A DNA stretch of 64,000 nucleotides from Candidatus Eiseniibacteriota bacterium (GTDB taxonomy: Bacteria; Eisenbacteria; RBG-16-71-46; SZUA-252), in NCBI GenBank assembly GCA_963703225.1, contig OY969801.1:1568001-1632000 (forward strand). The letters run 5' to 3'. Positions within the stretch are counted from its first letter, which is position 1, and each line of letters starts with the position of its first letter. The notes beneath the pieces are model-generated. The model was given only the letters and a program-made list of their open reading frames with translations. It did not search any database and was not told where the DNA came from. Below, in pieces: positions 1 to 10,168 of this stretch. The translations under genes were made by a program, and so were the position numbers.

Positions 1-398
1 TACTTCCGGTAGTAAGTCGGCGACGCGATCCCTGCGGCATGGATGACGTACTGGAAGTCGCCCATGTCGGTGGGCAGCGCCGCCGTCATGTCGTGCTGGC
101 GCAGCGTGAAGTGCGGCTCGCCCTTGAACTCCTGGAGCCAGTCTGGCGTGCCGCGCACGAAGCTGTCGTACACGGTGAGGTCGATGGGCGCGGGCTTGCC
201 GTTGGTGCGGTTCCAATGCAGCACCGCTTGCACCAGATAGTGACCCAGGAAGCCCGCTCCGCCGGTGATCAGGAGGCGGTTACCCGCGAGGCGGGCAAAC
301 TCCCCATCCAGACGGGCGCAGATGTACTTCAGGTCCTCCCGAACGACCTCCGCTCCGCTCGGTGGCGGAGTGGCGCCCGCACCGGTCCCGGTGGTCAC
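1..398 (-). CDS. NAD-dependent epimerase/dehydratase (UDP-glucuronate decarboxylase-like), partial; runs off window start
   Basis: Manual translation from GTG 398 (overlaps upstream TGA): ...NRLLITGGAGFLGHYLVQ...YVIHAAGIASPTYYRK; GxxGxxG Rossmann motif. Confidence 0.85.
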   Translation of the reverse strand, partial: MTTGTGAGATPPPSGAEVVREDLKYICARLDGEFARLAGNRLLITGGAGFLGHYLVQAVLHWNRTNGKPAPIDLTVYDSFVRGTPDWLQEFKGEPHFTLRQHDMTAALPTDMGDFQYVIHAAGIASPTYYRK

Positions 399-1711
399 CG
401 GGCCGTCGCCCCCGCGCGGTGCCCGGCGCCGCGGTGAGGACGCTCACCCGCGGATGCCGCCGGGTAAACGCGAGGCTCCGGAATGGGCACCACGAACTTG
501 CCTCCCCATTCTCCGATGTAGGCCATCTGCTGCATGATCTCGTCCTTGAGGTTCCAGGGCAGAATGAACACGTAGTCCGGCCGGGTCGCCCGAATCTGCT
601 CCGGCGGGTGGATCGGGATGTGGGTCCCGGGCGTGTACTTCCCCTGCTTGTAGGGGTTCCTATCCACGGTGTAATCGAGGAAGTCCGTCCCGATCCCGCA
701 ATAATTGAGCAGCGTGTTTCCCTTTCCGGGGGCTCCGTAGCCGGCGATCGACTTCCCGGCCCGCTTGGCTTCGATCAGAAACTCTAGGAGTTTCCGCTTG
801 GTCTCCTTCACTTGCTCCCCGAAGGACGCGTAGTGCTCGAGACGGGTGAACCCAGCCGCAACCTCCCGCTCCCGCAGCTCTGTGACGCGCGGGCCGACCG
901 CCAGAGCGCTGTATTCCGCGTGCCTCGCGTAAATGCGGAGCGAGCCCCCGTGGGTTTGCAATTCCTCGACGTCGAACAGCGTCAGCCCGAATGCGGCAAA
1001 CACCTGCTCCACGGTCAGGAACGAAAAGTATGAGAAGTGCTCGTGATAGATCGTGTCGAATTGGTTCTCGGCCATCAGTCGCATGAGATGCGGGAATTCC
1101 ATCGTGATCACACCGTGCGGCTTGAGCAATGTCTTCATCCCACCGACGAATCCCCGGAGGTCGGGCACGTGCGCCAGCACGTTGTTCCCGAGCAAGAGGT
1201 CCGCGCGGGTGCCCTGGCTCGCCAGCTCGCGGGCGACTTCCTCGCCGAAAAACTTCACGGTCGTGGGAATGCCCCTGTCGATCGCCACCTGGGCCACGTT
1301 CGCCGCGGGTTCGATCCCCAGCACGGGAATGCCCCGCGCCGCGAAGTACTGCAGCAGATATCCGTCGTTGCTTGCGAGCTCTACCACATGGCTCTGGGTA
1401 CCGAGCCCGAAGCGTTCCACCATCAGGGCCGTATAAGCCTGCGCGTGCCGCAGCCACGTGTCCGCGTAGGAGGAAAAGTAGGCGTACTCGGTAAAAATCG
1501 CTTGGGGGCTGACGTACTCCTGCAGCTGTACGAGGAAGCACTGATCGCACACCCACACGTGCAGAGGGTAGAACGGCTCCATGTCGTTCAACTGGTGCGG
1601 CGCGATGTGCGTCTGGCAGAGCGGCGACATGCCGAGGTCGACGAAGGTGTGGACGAGCGGCGCCCGGCAGAACCGGCAGCCCCCCCGATGTCCCGAGGGT
1701 TCGAGCATCAT
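395..1711 (-). CDS. NDP-sugar C-methyltransferase (class I SAM, Zn-binding CxxC N-terminus; TylCIII/NovU-like)
   Basis: CRFC, CDQC, ELASNDGYLL, TIYHEHFSYF, THGGSLR, GYGAPGKGNTLLN motifs. Confidence 0.9.
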   Translation of the reverse strand: MMLEPSGHRGGCRFCRAPLVHTFVDLGMSPLCQTHIAPHQLNDMEPFYPLHVWVCDQCFLVQLQEYVSPQAIFTEYAYFSSYADTWLRHAQAYTALMVERFGLGTQSHVVELASNDGYLLQYFAARGIPVLGIEPAANVAQVAIDRGIPTTVKFFGEEVARELASQGTRADLLLGNNVLAHVPDLRGFVGGMKTLLKPHGVITMEFPHLMRLMAENQFDTIYHEHFSYFSFLTVEQVFAAFGLTLFDVEELQTHGGSLRIYARHAEYSALAVGPRVTELREREVAAGFTRLEHYASFGEQVKETKRKLLEFLIEAKRAGKSIAGYGAPGKGNTLLNYCGIGTDFLDYTVDRNPYKQGKYTPGTHIPIHPPEQIRATRPDYVFILPWNLKDEIMQQMAYIGEWGGKFVVPIPEPRVYPAASAGERPHRGAGHRAGATAR

Positions 1712-1910
1712 GTCGAACTCCTCAGCTCTCGGAAACGCGGGACCGACGACCGCGGAGTCGGACGGGTATGGATCAACTCAGCCACGAAGCGATAGATCTC
1801 CTCGCCGAGAATGGTGCGCCGACGGCGTCCCGCAGCACCGCCAGACGCTCTTCTAATGGTAAGCCAAGCCGAGGATTGAGTCTACGTCGGGTTTGGAGCG
1901 GTCCGGCACT

Positions 1911-2843
1911 TCAGAGAATCCAGAACTGGACTCGCTCGTGCTCCAGAAATTCGCGCGCGCCCGGGCCCTGTAGGTAGGCCAGCGTGGAGAGGGTTCCAGC
2001 CTCGAGGCAAGTGTCGGCCAGAACCGTGACCGACCCTGGCGCGTTTCGGATCGGCCAACCGGTCTTCGGGTTCAGGATATGGCCCAGCCGCTTCCCCCTC
2101 CAGAGTACGTAACGCCGGGCGTCTCCGCTGGTCGCGATCCCTCCGCGCGAGAATTCGAGCTTATAGAGCGCGGCGGCTCCGGATCGCCTGGGATCGTCGA
2201 CACCCACGCTCCACAGGCGTGTGCCCCTGCGGAATCCGCTGGCGTACAGATCCCCGCCGAAGTTCACCAGAAACGCGCTCGCGGTGAGACCTGCGATGAT
2301 GGCGGCGGCGCGGTCTACGGCATATTCCTTGCCGAAGCCACCCAAGTCGATCTCCATTCCGGCCGGCATCGAGATCGAGGGATTCCTCCACGACACCCTC
2401 TCCCACCCCACCTGCCGGAGCACTTCTCGGATCGAAGCCTTGGACGGGACCCGCGAACCCCCATCGAACCTCCAGACGCGACGAAGCACGCCGGATGAGA
2501 TGTCGAACATCCCGCCCGACATCTCGTAGCACGTCGCCGCGTAATCCAGGAGCAGCGCGGTCTCGCTGTCCACGCTGATCGCTTGACCTTGAGAGCGGTT
2601 AATCCGATCGATGATGTTGCCCGGCAGGTACCGGCTGAACTTTTGTTCGATTCGGCCCGCTTCGGCCTCCACGGCGCGCAGCGCCGCATCGGCCTCCGCC
2701 GGATCGTCGGTGTCGATCAAGACCTCGCAGGGACTGGCCATGGCCGTGAAGCGGCCCACAAAGTAGTCCTCGATGCGCGTGAGTGAGGACGTGGTTTCCG
2801 TAGAAGTCTTGGAGGGCTGGGTGGGCTGGGTGGACGGAGACAA
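1911..2843 (-). CDS. apbE: FAD:protein FMN transferase (ApbE family)
   Basis: FTAMAS, GMFDIS, IDLGGFGKEYAVD, VNFGGD, ATSGD, HILNPKTGWP motifs. Confidence 0.92.
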   Translation of the reverse strand: MSPSTQPTQPSKTSTETTSSLTRIEDYFVGRFTAMASPCEVLIDTDDPAEADAALRAVEAEAGRIEQKFSRYLPGNIIDRINRSQGQAISVDSETALLLDYAATCYEMSGGMFDISSGVLRRVWRFDGGSRVPSKASIREVLRQVGWERVSWRNPSISMPAGMEIDLGGFGKEYAVDRAAAIIAGLTASAFLVNFGGDLYASGFRRGTRLWSVGVDDPRRSGAAALYKLEFSRGGIATSGDARRYVLWRGKRLGHILNPKTGWPIRNAPGSVTVLADTCLEAGTLSTLAYLQGPGAREFLEHERVQFWIL

Positions 2844-2851
2844 GCGGATAC

Positions 2852-4165
2852 CTAGAACGCGACGCTGTAGGCGGCGACCAGGGATCCGATGTTGAGCGGA
2901 GGCATCAAGTCGAAGCTCCGCTGGACGCCCACTGCATCACTGGGATGACCGTCGCCGAATTGGCGAATGTACTCGGCGCGAATGCTGAATTCGCCTGGGT
3001 AGTCTTGGACGTGGAAGCCGTACGTGACTCCGACAGTGGCTGTCTTGAGTGGGCCGAGCCGGTAATCACTCGTGACATAGGCGGGAATGGGCTGGCCGTT
3101 GACCAGGCCAAACGAGAAGAAGTCCGCTGGAGTCTGAGAGTAGTAGCGGAGGTGCGGCTCCAGAAACGATTCGTTTTGCTGTTCCCATCGATACTTCAAA
3201 TCGGCGGTGTTGGACCGCACGCCCCAGTCATCCCAGTAGTAGCGATGGGAAAGGTAGACGACATCGCGTGCGAGGTGGTAGACGGTGCTGGTCAGAACAT
3301 CCGAGCGGCGACGAGTGGAAGGACGGCTCTCGGTCAGCTGGCTTGCGGGCATCCCGGTCACCGAGTCGAGCAGACTGACCACCTTGTACGGATCGGTCAG
3401 GTACCCCCTCTCGACGGCATGGGATCCGGTGACGGCGATCATCCATCGGCGCGTCATGATCCGGGACAGACCGACCAGGCCGCTCCCAACATGCTTGGAG
3501 TTCGTGTCGGTCCCGAGGAAAACGGTCCCGTCCGTGAGTGGGGCCCTCGTCCCTCCCACAGGAAAGACCTGGTCTTGATTCGTTCCTCCCCCAAGCGTCA
3601 GGGTCGTCAGGCGGTGCATCATGTCCAGCGAGCACTTGGCGTTCACTCCGATGGACCGATAGTCCTTTTCTCGGGAAACGTGGACCCCGATCGTAGAACT
3701 GAGGAGACGGCCCAGCGGCTCGTGCCATTCACCGTCGAGCGCGTACCGGACGTCCTGGAACGTGGCCAGCGGGATGTCGCTCGGAGAACTCTCCTCCCCG
3801 GCGCCGCCTGAGGCGGCTGTTACCGTTTGCACGGCGCGGGCGTCATCGCCGGGGGTGTCGCCGCCCGGGGATGCGGCGACGCCCGAGGGCATGGCGCCGC
3901 TCGGCGAAGCTCCAGTGATCACGTCGAGCCCGAGCTGGGCGGAAAGTGACCGCCCGCTCCGGTAAAGCCGCGTGACGCGAACGGTGGGTTCTGCCACGTT
4001 CGCGCGACTCTCTTCACCGTAGAGCAGCATCGTGGCGTCTACCTGAGTGACCGCTCCGGCGTCCGCATGCGCGGCAGCGGGCGCGCCGGAGGCCAGGAGC
4101 ACGCACGCCGCCGTGCTCAACCGGCCACGAATCGAGGACGCTCGGCTGGGACACCCTAGTTGCAT
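2852..4165 (-). CDS. DUF3570 family outer-membrane beta-barrel protein with putative flavinylation motif
   Basis: Signal peptide; DVITGAS motif; SREKDY, GYLTDPYK, RYYWDDWG, RYYSQTPADFF, SDYRLG; C-terminal Phe; context with apbE, DUF4266 and TlpA. Confidence 0.85.
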   Translation of the reverse strand: MQLGCPSRASSIRGRLSTAACVLLASGAPAAAHADAGAVTQVDATMLLYGEESRANVAEPTVRVTRLYRSGRSLSAQLGLDVITGASPSGAMPSGVAASPGGDTPGDDARAVQTVTAASGGAGEESSPSDIPLATFQDVRYALDGEWHEPLGRLLSSTIGVHVSREKDYRSIGVNAKCSLDMMHRLTTLTLGGGTNQDQVFPVGGTRAPLTDGTVFLGTDTNSKHVGSGLVGLSRIMTRRWMIAVTGSHAVERGYLTDPYKVVSLLDSVTGMPASQLTESRPSTRRRSDVLTSTVYHLARDVVYLSHRYYWDDWGVRSNTADLKYRWEQQNESFLEPHLRYYSQTPADFFSFGLVNGQPIPAYVTSDYRLGPLKTATVGVTYGFHVQDYPGEFSIRAEYIRQFGDGHPSDAVGVQRSFDLMPPLNIGSLVAAYSVAF

Positions 4166-4392
4166 CCGCAGCCCCCTCCTCCGACGTCATCCCCGCCCAT
4201 CGAGCCTTCCTTGCTGAAGTAGATGTGTTCGTCGACGGCGTGCACCATGGGTCGAGGGTTGTACTGCATCTTCGTTTCGGAGAGGAGATCACGATCCCAC
4301 GGTTGCACCGCGGTCGCGGCGCAACCGCCGGCCATCGCCGAGAGCATGAGAACGATCGCAAAGCACGCGAGACGCCCGGCCGGGTGCCTCAT
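4156..4392 (-). CDS. DUF4266 family small lipoprotein ending GGGGCGCN
   Basis: Lipobox-like AGGC, VQPWDRDLL, H..FSKEGS.GG..GGGGCGCN; ATG at 4392 overlaps TlpA stop (ATGA). Confidence 0.85.
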   Translation of the reverse strand: MRHPAGRLACFAIVLMLSAMAGGCAATAVQPWDRDLLSETKMQYNPRPMVHAVDEHIYFSKEGSMGGDDVGGGGCGCN

Positions 4393-4892
4393 TGTGGACA
4401 CTCCTTCTCGATCAGAGCTTCGAGGGTTCCGGTATGCTTCGGGTCGAATCCGGCGCGGGAGTACACGATCTCGCCGCCCCGGTTGATCAGGTAGCTCGTC
4501 GGCATGCCCCACACCCTGAAAGCCTTCGCGGTCTTGCCCGCGGGGTCGAACGCGACGGTGAATCGGGCCGGATATTTCCCGAGGAAGGCATCCGCCGCGC
4601 TTCGGTCCTTGTCGAGGTTGATCGCGACAATACTCAATCCCTTCGCCCCGTAGCGCTCATGGAGCGCGCTCAGCCAGGGGAAGGATTGCCGGCAGGGGCC
4701 GCACCAGGACGCCCAAAAATCCACCAGCACCATCTGTCCGCGGAGTGAATCCAGTGAGACGGTTCCGTCACGCGACGGAAGGTTGAAGCTAGGCGCTGGC
4801 GCGGGGCCAGCGGTGGAGGGCTCCTTTGCGTCCGCGATGAGGGGGAATGCGAGGAGAACGAAGAGCAGAGCGAAGAAACTTCGGGGTCTCAT
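4389..4892 (-). CDS. TlpA-family thiol-disulfide oxidoreductase, exported
   Basis: Signal peptide; VDFWASWCGPCRQSFP; GMPTSYLI. Confidence 0.92.
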   Translation of the reverse strand: MRPRSFFALLFVLLAFPLIADAKEPSTAGPAPAPSFNLPSRDGTVSLDSLRGQMVLVDFWASWCGPCRQSFPWLSALHERYGAKGLSIVAINLDKDRSAADAFLGKYPARFTVAFDPAGKTAKAFRVWGMPTSYLINRGGEIVYSRAGFDPKHTGTLEALIEKECPQ

Positions 4893-5290
4893 TGGTTGCG
4901 GGTGGTCCTTTCGTTGATGAACCGGCCCCGTCTCGAGAAGAACCCGAACGCCGCTACTCGCGACGGCTCCACCAGGTAGTCATACACCCGACGTGCGGTG
5001 GCCAGTTCCACCCGACTTGGGACGCTGGCCTATATGCCTTCCACGTCTTGCGACCGTATTCGACGACGGCGAAATAACTTGAGGGATCGCGCTCCGCAGC
5101 GCCGGTCTCAGGCTGCCCGCTCGCCCGTGCTCCGATCGGGGAGCTCACGGACCTTCCACGGACGTCGTCGCGCTGACTCCATCTGGCCACAAATATCGAT
5201 CGATGAGGCATGGTGCCTAGGTAGCATTTCCACGTGGAACTCCCTGCCCTGTACCTCCTAAGCCTGAGGCCCGCGACCGAATCGAGGTCG

Positions 5291-6316
5291 TCAGAAGCTT
5301 GGTAGCTTGAGAAAGTCGTCCACGGTCTTCACAAATAGGGCCGGTTGATCGACGAAGGTCATGTGTCCGCTCTCCGGAAATATGACCAGCTTGGACCCCG
5401 GGATTTTCTCCTGCATCGCCCGCGAAAGCGAAGGGTCGCACTCATCGTGATCCCCCGCCGTGATCAGCGTCGGCACGGAGATCGTGCCGAGCCGATCGTC
5501 GTACTCCACGGATACGAGGTTCCCATCCACCACGAATTCTCCATGGGAGCCCCACATCGTGCGGTAGAGGTCCCACGACATCATTCCGGTCGCGACCGGA
5601 TCGAAATTGGCGTCAGGGCGGCGGACGTAGAGGTTGGGGAAATACCCCTCGCCCCATGCCGCGGCCATATAGTCGTCGGGATACCGGCCGTGCCGGTACA
5701 CCTTGCCCTGACCAAAGAGGCCGGTCTGTTCCATGCTATCGATCCGCGCCCGAAGCTCGGGGGTCATCCGCTCCTTCATCTTCACGAAGACCTGGTTGAT
5801 CGCCTTGGTGCTGGAGAACGTGCTGCAGAGAACCAAATGCCTGAGGTTCTTCTGGTACCGGAGTGCGTACGCCTGGGCGAGCACGCCGCCATAGGAGTGC
5901 CCGAGCAGGTCGATCTTCCCCAATCGGAGCGCGATCCGCACCGCCTCCACATCCTCCACCATGTTCTCGACGGTGTACTGGCTCGGATCTTCCAGCGCCG
6001 GCGAGCGGCCCGACCCGCGCTCGTCGATGAAGATGAGCCTGTGATTTCGGGCCAGGGGCACGAGGTGCGGCATGAGGTAGTCGTGCGACGCCCCGGGCCC
6101 TCCATGGACGATCAGAAGCGGAGCGCCGCGTCCGAACGCTTTGTAGTAGATCCAGACCCCTTTGGCGTCGACATACCCTTCCGAGATCGCGTACTCGACG
6201 ACCGTCGATGGGGCCGGCGCGGCGGCGCGGGGCGCGGCCGACGCCGGAAAACCCATGGAAAGGCAGGGCGCCGCAACCGACGCCGCGACCAGGACGCGAC
6301 GAATCAGTAATTTCAT
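5291..6316 (-). CDS. Exported proline iminopeptidase-family alpha/beta hydrolase
   Basis: Signal peptide; HGGPG, DERGSGRS, GHSYGG nucleophile, GDHDE, SGHM. Confidence 0.85.
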   Translation of the reverse strand: MKLLIRRVLVAASVAAPCLSMGFPASAAPRAAAPAPSTVVEYAISEGYVDAKGVWIYYKAFGRGAPLLIVHGGPGASHDYLMPHLVPLARNHRLIFIDERGSGRSPALEDPSQYTVENMVEDVEAVRIALRLGKIDLLGHSYGGVLAQAYALRYQKNLRHLVLCSTFSSTKAINQVFVKMKERMTPELRARIDSMEQTGLFGQGKVYRHGRYPDDYMAAAWGEGYFPNLYVRRPDANFDPVATGMMSWDLYRTMWGSHGEFVVDGNLVSVEYDDRLGTISVPTLITAGDHDECDPSLSRAMQEKIPGSKLVIFPESGHMTFVDQPALFVKTVDDFLKLPSF

Positions 6317-6350
6317 GTCACCCCTCCCAAGGATTGGCCCGGAGTTTGGA

Positions 6351-7409
6351 TCAGTGGACCGAGGCGGGCGAGTCGGCCGCGTCGCTCTCCAGCAGATGGC
6401 GCAGCTTGAGCAGCGCGCGTTCCTCCAGCTGGCGGATTCGTTCCCGGGAGAGCCCGAAGTGCTTCCCCGTCTCCGCGAGGGTGCGCGAGCGATCGTCGAA
6501 GAATCCGTATCGCAATCGAAGGATTGCCTCCTCGCGCCCCGAGAGTCGCTTCAGCATGTCGTTGAGCTGTTGGTCGCGAATCTGCATCTCGATGATCTCG
6601 TCCAGGCTGGGCGGCTGTTCCACGGCCTCGGACTCGATCAAGCCGTGGAATGCTTCGTTCCCGAGATCGACATCCAACGTGTGGATCGACTGAACCAGGG
6701 TCTCGAGCCGGGAGACCCTCGACTCCGGAATCGCCATCTCGCGAGCCACCTCGTCGAGGCCCGGCTTGCGGCGGAGCTCCGACTCCATCCGCCGCTGGGT
6801 GGCGACGAACCGCCGCATCATCTGCAGCACGTGGATTGGAATCCGGACGGTGCGGGACTGATTGGCGACGCCGCGGGCAAGGGCCTGCCGGATCCACCAC
6901 GTGGCGTAGGTGCTGAAATGGATGCCCCGATCGACGTCGTAGCGGTCCACGGCGGTGATCAGGCCCAGATTTCCCTCTTCGACCAGATCCAGAAACTCCA
7001 CGCCGCGATTTCGGTACGCGCGGGCGATCGAGACCACGAGCCGCAGGTAAGCGAGGATCAATTTCTTCCGAGCCGCCTCACTGCCTCGGCGCATCGACTC
7101 CCAGAGCTGGCGTTCCTCCTCGCGTTCGAGAAGCGGGTAGCGCTGGATTTCTCTCATGTAGCGGCGCTCGAGAGCCCCGACGGTTGCTCCGAGCGATTCG
7201 GAGGTCACCATCTCCGTCGACCGCGTCCCGCCGGGCAGCCGAACGCCCTGTCGCCGCGCTTCGGACAAGAAGAGATCGAACGCGCCGGGCTCGAACTCGG
7301 GCGAGTGGAGGAGTGGCTCCAGTTCGTCGTCCGTCAGCTCGCCGCGCTCCAGTCCGCGCCGGAGCGCTTCGGAGAGCTCAGCGACAAAGCGTCGGGGATT
7401 CTCGGTCAT
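6351..7409 (-). CDS. RNA polymerase sigma-70 factor, RpoD/RpoS-like (group 1/2)
   Basis: Regions 1.2 ([11 protein letters not shown]), 2 ([23 protein letters not shown]), 3 (RTVRIPIH) and 4 ([13 protein letters not shown]). Confidence 0.92.
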   Translation of the reverse strand: MTENPRRFVAELSEALRRGLERGELTDDELEPLLHSPEFEPGAFDLFLSEARRQGVRLPGGTRSTEMVTSESLGATVGALERRYMREIQRYPLLEREEERQLWESMRRGSEAARKKLILAYLRLVVSIARAYRNRGVEFLDLVEEGNLGLITAVDRYDVDRGIHFSTYATWWIRQALARGVANQSRTVRIPIHVLQMMRRFVATQRRMESELRRKPGLDEVAREMAIPESRVSRLETLVQSIHTLDVDLGNEAFHGLIESEAVEQPPSLDEIIEMQIRDQQLNDMLKRLSGREEAILRLRYGFFDDRSRTLAETGKHFGLSRERIRQLEERALLKLRHLLESDAADSPASVH

Positions 7410-7419
7410 GAATGCTCCC

Positions 7420-7707
7420 TCAACCGGCCTCGATCCGAAATTCCGCGGAACCGCGGGGAGAGACCCATTCTACATCCACCCGCTCGACGCGTGCCGCGGG
7501 CGGCCCTTCACGGAGATCGGCGAGCAGCGTCTCCAGCGCCCGCTTCGGGCCCTCCGCTTCCACGCGAACCGACCGGTTCGGCATGTTCCGAACCGAGCCC
7601 GACAGATGGAGCTCGAGGGCTCGGGATCGGACGAAAAGCCGGAATCCCACGCCCTGGACCCGCCCCTCGACGCGCGCGACGAAGCGGGCGTCGTCGTGTG
7701 GCTTCAT
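7420..7707 (-). CDS. acyP: Acylphosphatase
   Basis: [24 protein letters not shown] motifs; start uncertain (7707 or 7719). Confidence 0.9.
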   Translation of the reverse strand: MKPHDDARFVARVEGRVQGVGFRLFVRSRALELHLSGSVRNMPNRSVRVEAEGPKRALETLLADLREGPPAARVERVDVEWVSPRGSAEFRIEAG

Positions 7708-7763
7708 GGAGGGGAGCACTGGGGGGGATGGACGGAGAGTGGCTCGGCTCGACGCGGCGGAGG

Positions 7764-7841
<78 letters not shown>

Positions 7842-7885
7842 ATCCTCTGCCGCATCGAACCACGAGATCTCGTCCCGAATTCCCA

Positions 7886-7915
7886 AGTCTATCAACCCGA
7901 AGGCGAAGCGGTCAA
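7886..7915 (-). promoter_or_regulatory. Sigma70-type promoter for tRNA-Pro/acyP
   Basis: TTGACC-N18-TAGACT with TG extended -10. Confidence 0.6.
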
Positions 7916-7971
7916 CCGACTTCGCCCTCCCGCGGTGCTCCGATCATCCCCGAACGGATCCCAGCGGCTGT

Positions 7972-9534
7972 TCAGCGCACCTCCATCAGCAGACGCTCCG
8001 GCGCCGGCGATCCGGCGGGAAGCCGCCGGAACGCGACCATCTGGTCCTTCGCGCTGATCGTGTTGTGTCCTAGCTCGATCGCGCCGACGATCATGTATTG
8101 GTGCGTCGAATCGGCGTCCAGGAAGACGTAGCCCTTGGAATCGGGGTCCCAGAGCGCGTACTCGTGGAACCAATCCACGAAGATCACGAGGAGCTCGGGG
8201 CGATACTTGGAAAGCATCCGAGGAAGCGGCTCCTTCGGGGTGATGAGCCCCATGAGGTCCACCACAGGGCGGTGGCTGAAGTACCCGATCGCGCCGATGT
8301 CGTTGGTCGCGATCCGGTCGCCGGGCCGAGTGATCTTCTCCGCGAATTGCCCGAGGCGCCGCTGCATTTCATTGATGTTTTGAACATTCCAACCGTGCAG
8401 CTCCGCCTGGCGCCCGGCGTAGGCCATCTGCCACACGAGGCACGCGCCTGCCAACGCCGCGACCGAGGTTCGGCCGGCGGCTCCGGGGAGCCTCCGGCCG
8501 ATCGCGTCGAGGCCCACCGCCGCGAGCGCGATGCCGAATGGAATGACGTAGAGGATGTACCGCTTGTGGGACGCGCTGTGCTCCCGAAAGAGCGAAAGCG
8601 CGATCGGGAGGCCGAGCACGTAAAGCGCCAAGAGCGGCCGGCGCCTCAGGGTGACGGCCGCCCCGGCTGCAAGGAGCCCCAACAGGAGAACCGGCTCCTC
8701 CAGCTCATCGGCGGGGCGATACGGGATTCCCCATAACGCCCCCCACTCCCGGAGCAGGTTTCCGGTCCGGTGGACGAGGTCGATCCCAAAGTGCGCCTTC
8801 ACGCCGACCGTCTGGGGCATCCAGTGGCCCCCCACCGCGTGATTGAATACCAGGAACGCGAGCACGATCGGCGCCGCGGCGAGGGCGCGCTTCATGGCTT
8901 CTCGGGGCGGCCCGATGATTCCCAGCGCCACCAGGAAGAGCCCGTCCGGTCGGAGCCAGACACCGACCGCCCAGACGAGGACGGCCGCGACCGATCGGCC
9001 GCGGACATAGAAATACAATCCGACGCAGACGAGCAGGAGGTAGAAGGAGATCTCCATTCCGGAAAGGGACGCCCAGACGAGGGCGGGGGCGGTGGCCATC
9101 AGAACCCCCGCCGCGAGCGCGAGAACCCGGCGTCCTGGAACCAACGCTTGGACCGTGGCGTACAAGGCGACGGCCGCGCCGATCTGACAGACCATCCCAA
9201 AGACTTTGCCCGACCAGATGACCTCGCGGAAGAGAAGGTAGAAAAACGCGAGCACAAAGGTGTAGAGGGGGCCCGTGGAGCCCGCGACGGGCTCGTCGGG
9301 ATTGAACGCGAATCCGTGGCCCGTCGCGAGATTTCGCGCCATCGTGGCGTAAATCCAGGAATCGTCGAGCGAGAAGCCCCACTCGCCCGCGATGCGCTTC
9401 TCGGCGCCGAGAAACCAGACGCACATCGCGAGGACGGCCGCGGCAAGAATCCCCACCGCGGCGCGCGTCGATAGACGGGACCGGGATCGATCCAGGGGGC
9501 TCCTAGGCACCCGGCGACCAGCCCTCCCGCCCAA
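7972..9534 (-). CDS. Polytopic membrane GT-C fold glycosyltransferase-like protein
   Basis: First-loop DD motif (FSLDDSWIY..ARNLA.G.G..FN), SGME, RPDG, many TM segments, DIGAIGY..VDLMGL; start uncertain. Confidence 0.7.
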   Translation of the reverse strand: MGGRAGRRVPRSPLDRSRSRLSTRAAVGILAAAVLAMCVWFLGAEKRIAGEWGFSLDDSWIYATMARNLATGHGFAFNPDEPVAGSTGPLYTFVLAFFYLLFREVIWSGKVFGMVCQIGAAVALYATVQALVPGRRVLALAAGVLMATAPALVWASLSGMEISFYLLLVCVGLYFYVRGRSVAAVLVWAVGVWLRPDGLFLVALGIIGPPREAMKRALAAAPIVLAFLVFNHAVGGHWMPQTVGVKAHFGIDLVHRTGNLLREWGALWGIPYRPADELEEPVLLLGLLAAGAAVTLRRRPLLALYVLGLPIALSLFREHSASHKRYILYVIPFGIALAAVGLDAIGRRLPGAAGRTSVAALAGACLVWQMAYAGRQAELHGWNVQNINEMQRRLGQFAEKITRPGDRIATNDIGAIGYFSHRPVVDLMGLITPKEPLPRMLSKYRPELLVIFVDWFHEYALWDPDSKGYVFLDADSTHQYMIVGAIELGHNTISAKDQMVAFRRLPAGSPAPERLLMEVR

Positions 9535-10168
9535 TCAGGGGCACGAACGTGCAGCCGCAGAGGACCCGCTCGTCCAACCCGTGGGCCGTCCGCGTGAACT
9601 TGACCAGCGATTGGCTTTCGCTCTCCCCGACCGGCGCGACCGCGATCCCTCCCATCCGGAGCTGCTCTTCGAGAAAGGCCGGCGTCTTGGGGGCGCCGGC
9701 CGTGACCAGAATCCGATCGTAGGGCGCCATTTCCTTCCATCCGAGGGATCCGTCGGCGCAGCGGAAGACGATGTTCGTGTAGCCCATTCCCTCGAGCCGC
9801 TCCCGGGCCTTGGCGGCCACCGTCGGAATTCTCTCGACCGTGAAGACCCTGTCGGCCAGCTCGGCCAAGATGGCGGTCTGGTACCCGGAGCCCGTCCCCA
9901 TCTCGAGCACCTTCTCCTCACCGGTCAAGTCGAGCGCCTGGGTCATCAAGGCCACCATGTAGGGCTGCGAGATGGTCTGCTCGTCGCCGATCGGGAGCGC
10001 GTGATCGCTGTACGCGCGCGCGGTGAGCATTTCGTCCACGAAGAGATGGCGCGGCATCGCTTCCATGATCCGAAGGACGTGCAGGTCGTGGATGCCGCGG
10101 GCCCGGAGCTGCTCCTCCACCATCCGCCGCCGCGCGATGGCGAGATCGTTACGCCTCCGGTTCATCAA
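9503..10168 (-). CDS. pcm: Protein-L-isoaspartate O-methyltransferase
   Basis: PRHLFV, QTISQPYMVA, VLEMGTGSGYQ, APYDRILVTA, FVPLIG. Confidence 0.95.
   Translation of the reverse strand: MMNRRRNDLAIARRRMVEEQLRARGIHDLHVLRIMEAMPRHLFVDEMLTARAYSDHALPIGDEQTISQPYMVALMTQALDLTGEEKVLEMGTGSGYQTAILAELADRVFTVERIPTVAAKARERLEGMGYTNIVFRCADGSLGWKEMAPYDRILVTAGAPKTPAFLEEQLRMGGIAVAPVGESESQSLVKFTRTAHGLDERVLCGCTFVPLIGREGWSPGA

Noticed and set aside
4893..5290. Small ORFs or a riboswitch upstream of the TlpA operon
   Set aside because: The ORFs have no recognisable motifs or coding-like bias, and I could not match any aptamer consensus (for example FMN).
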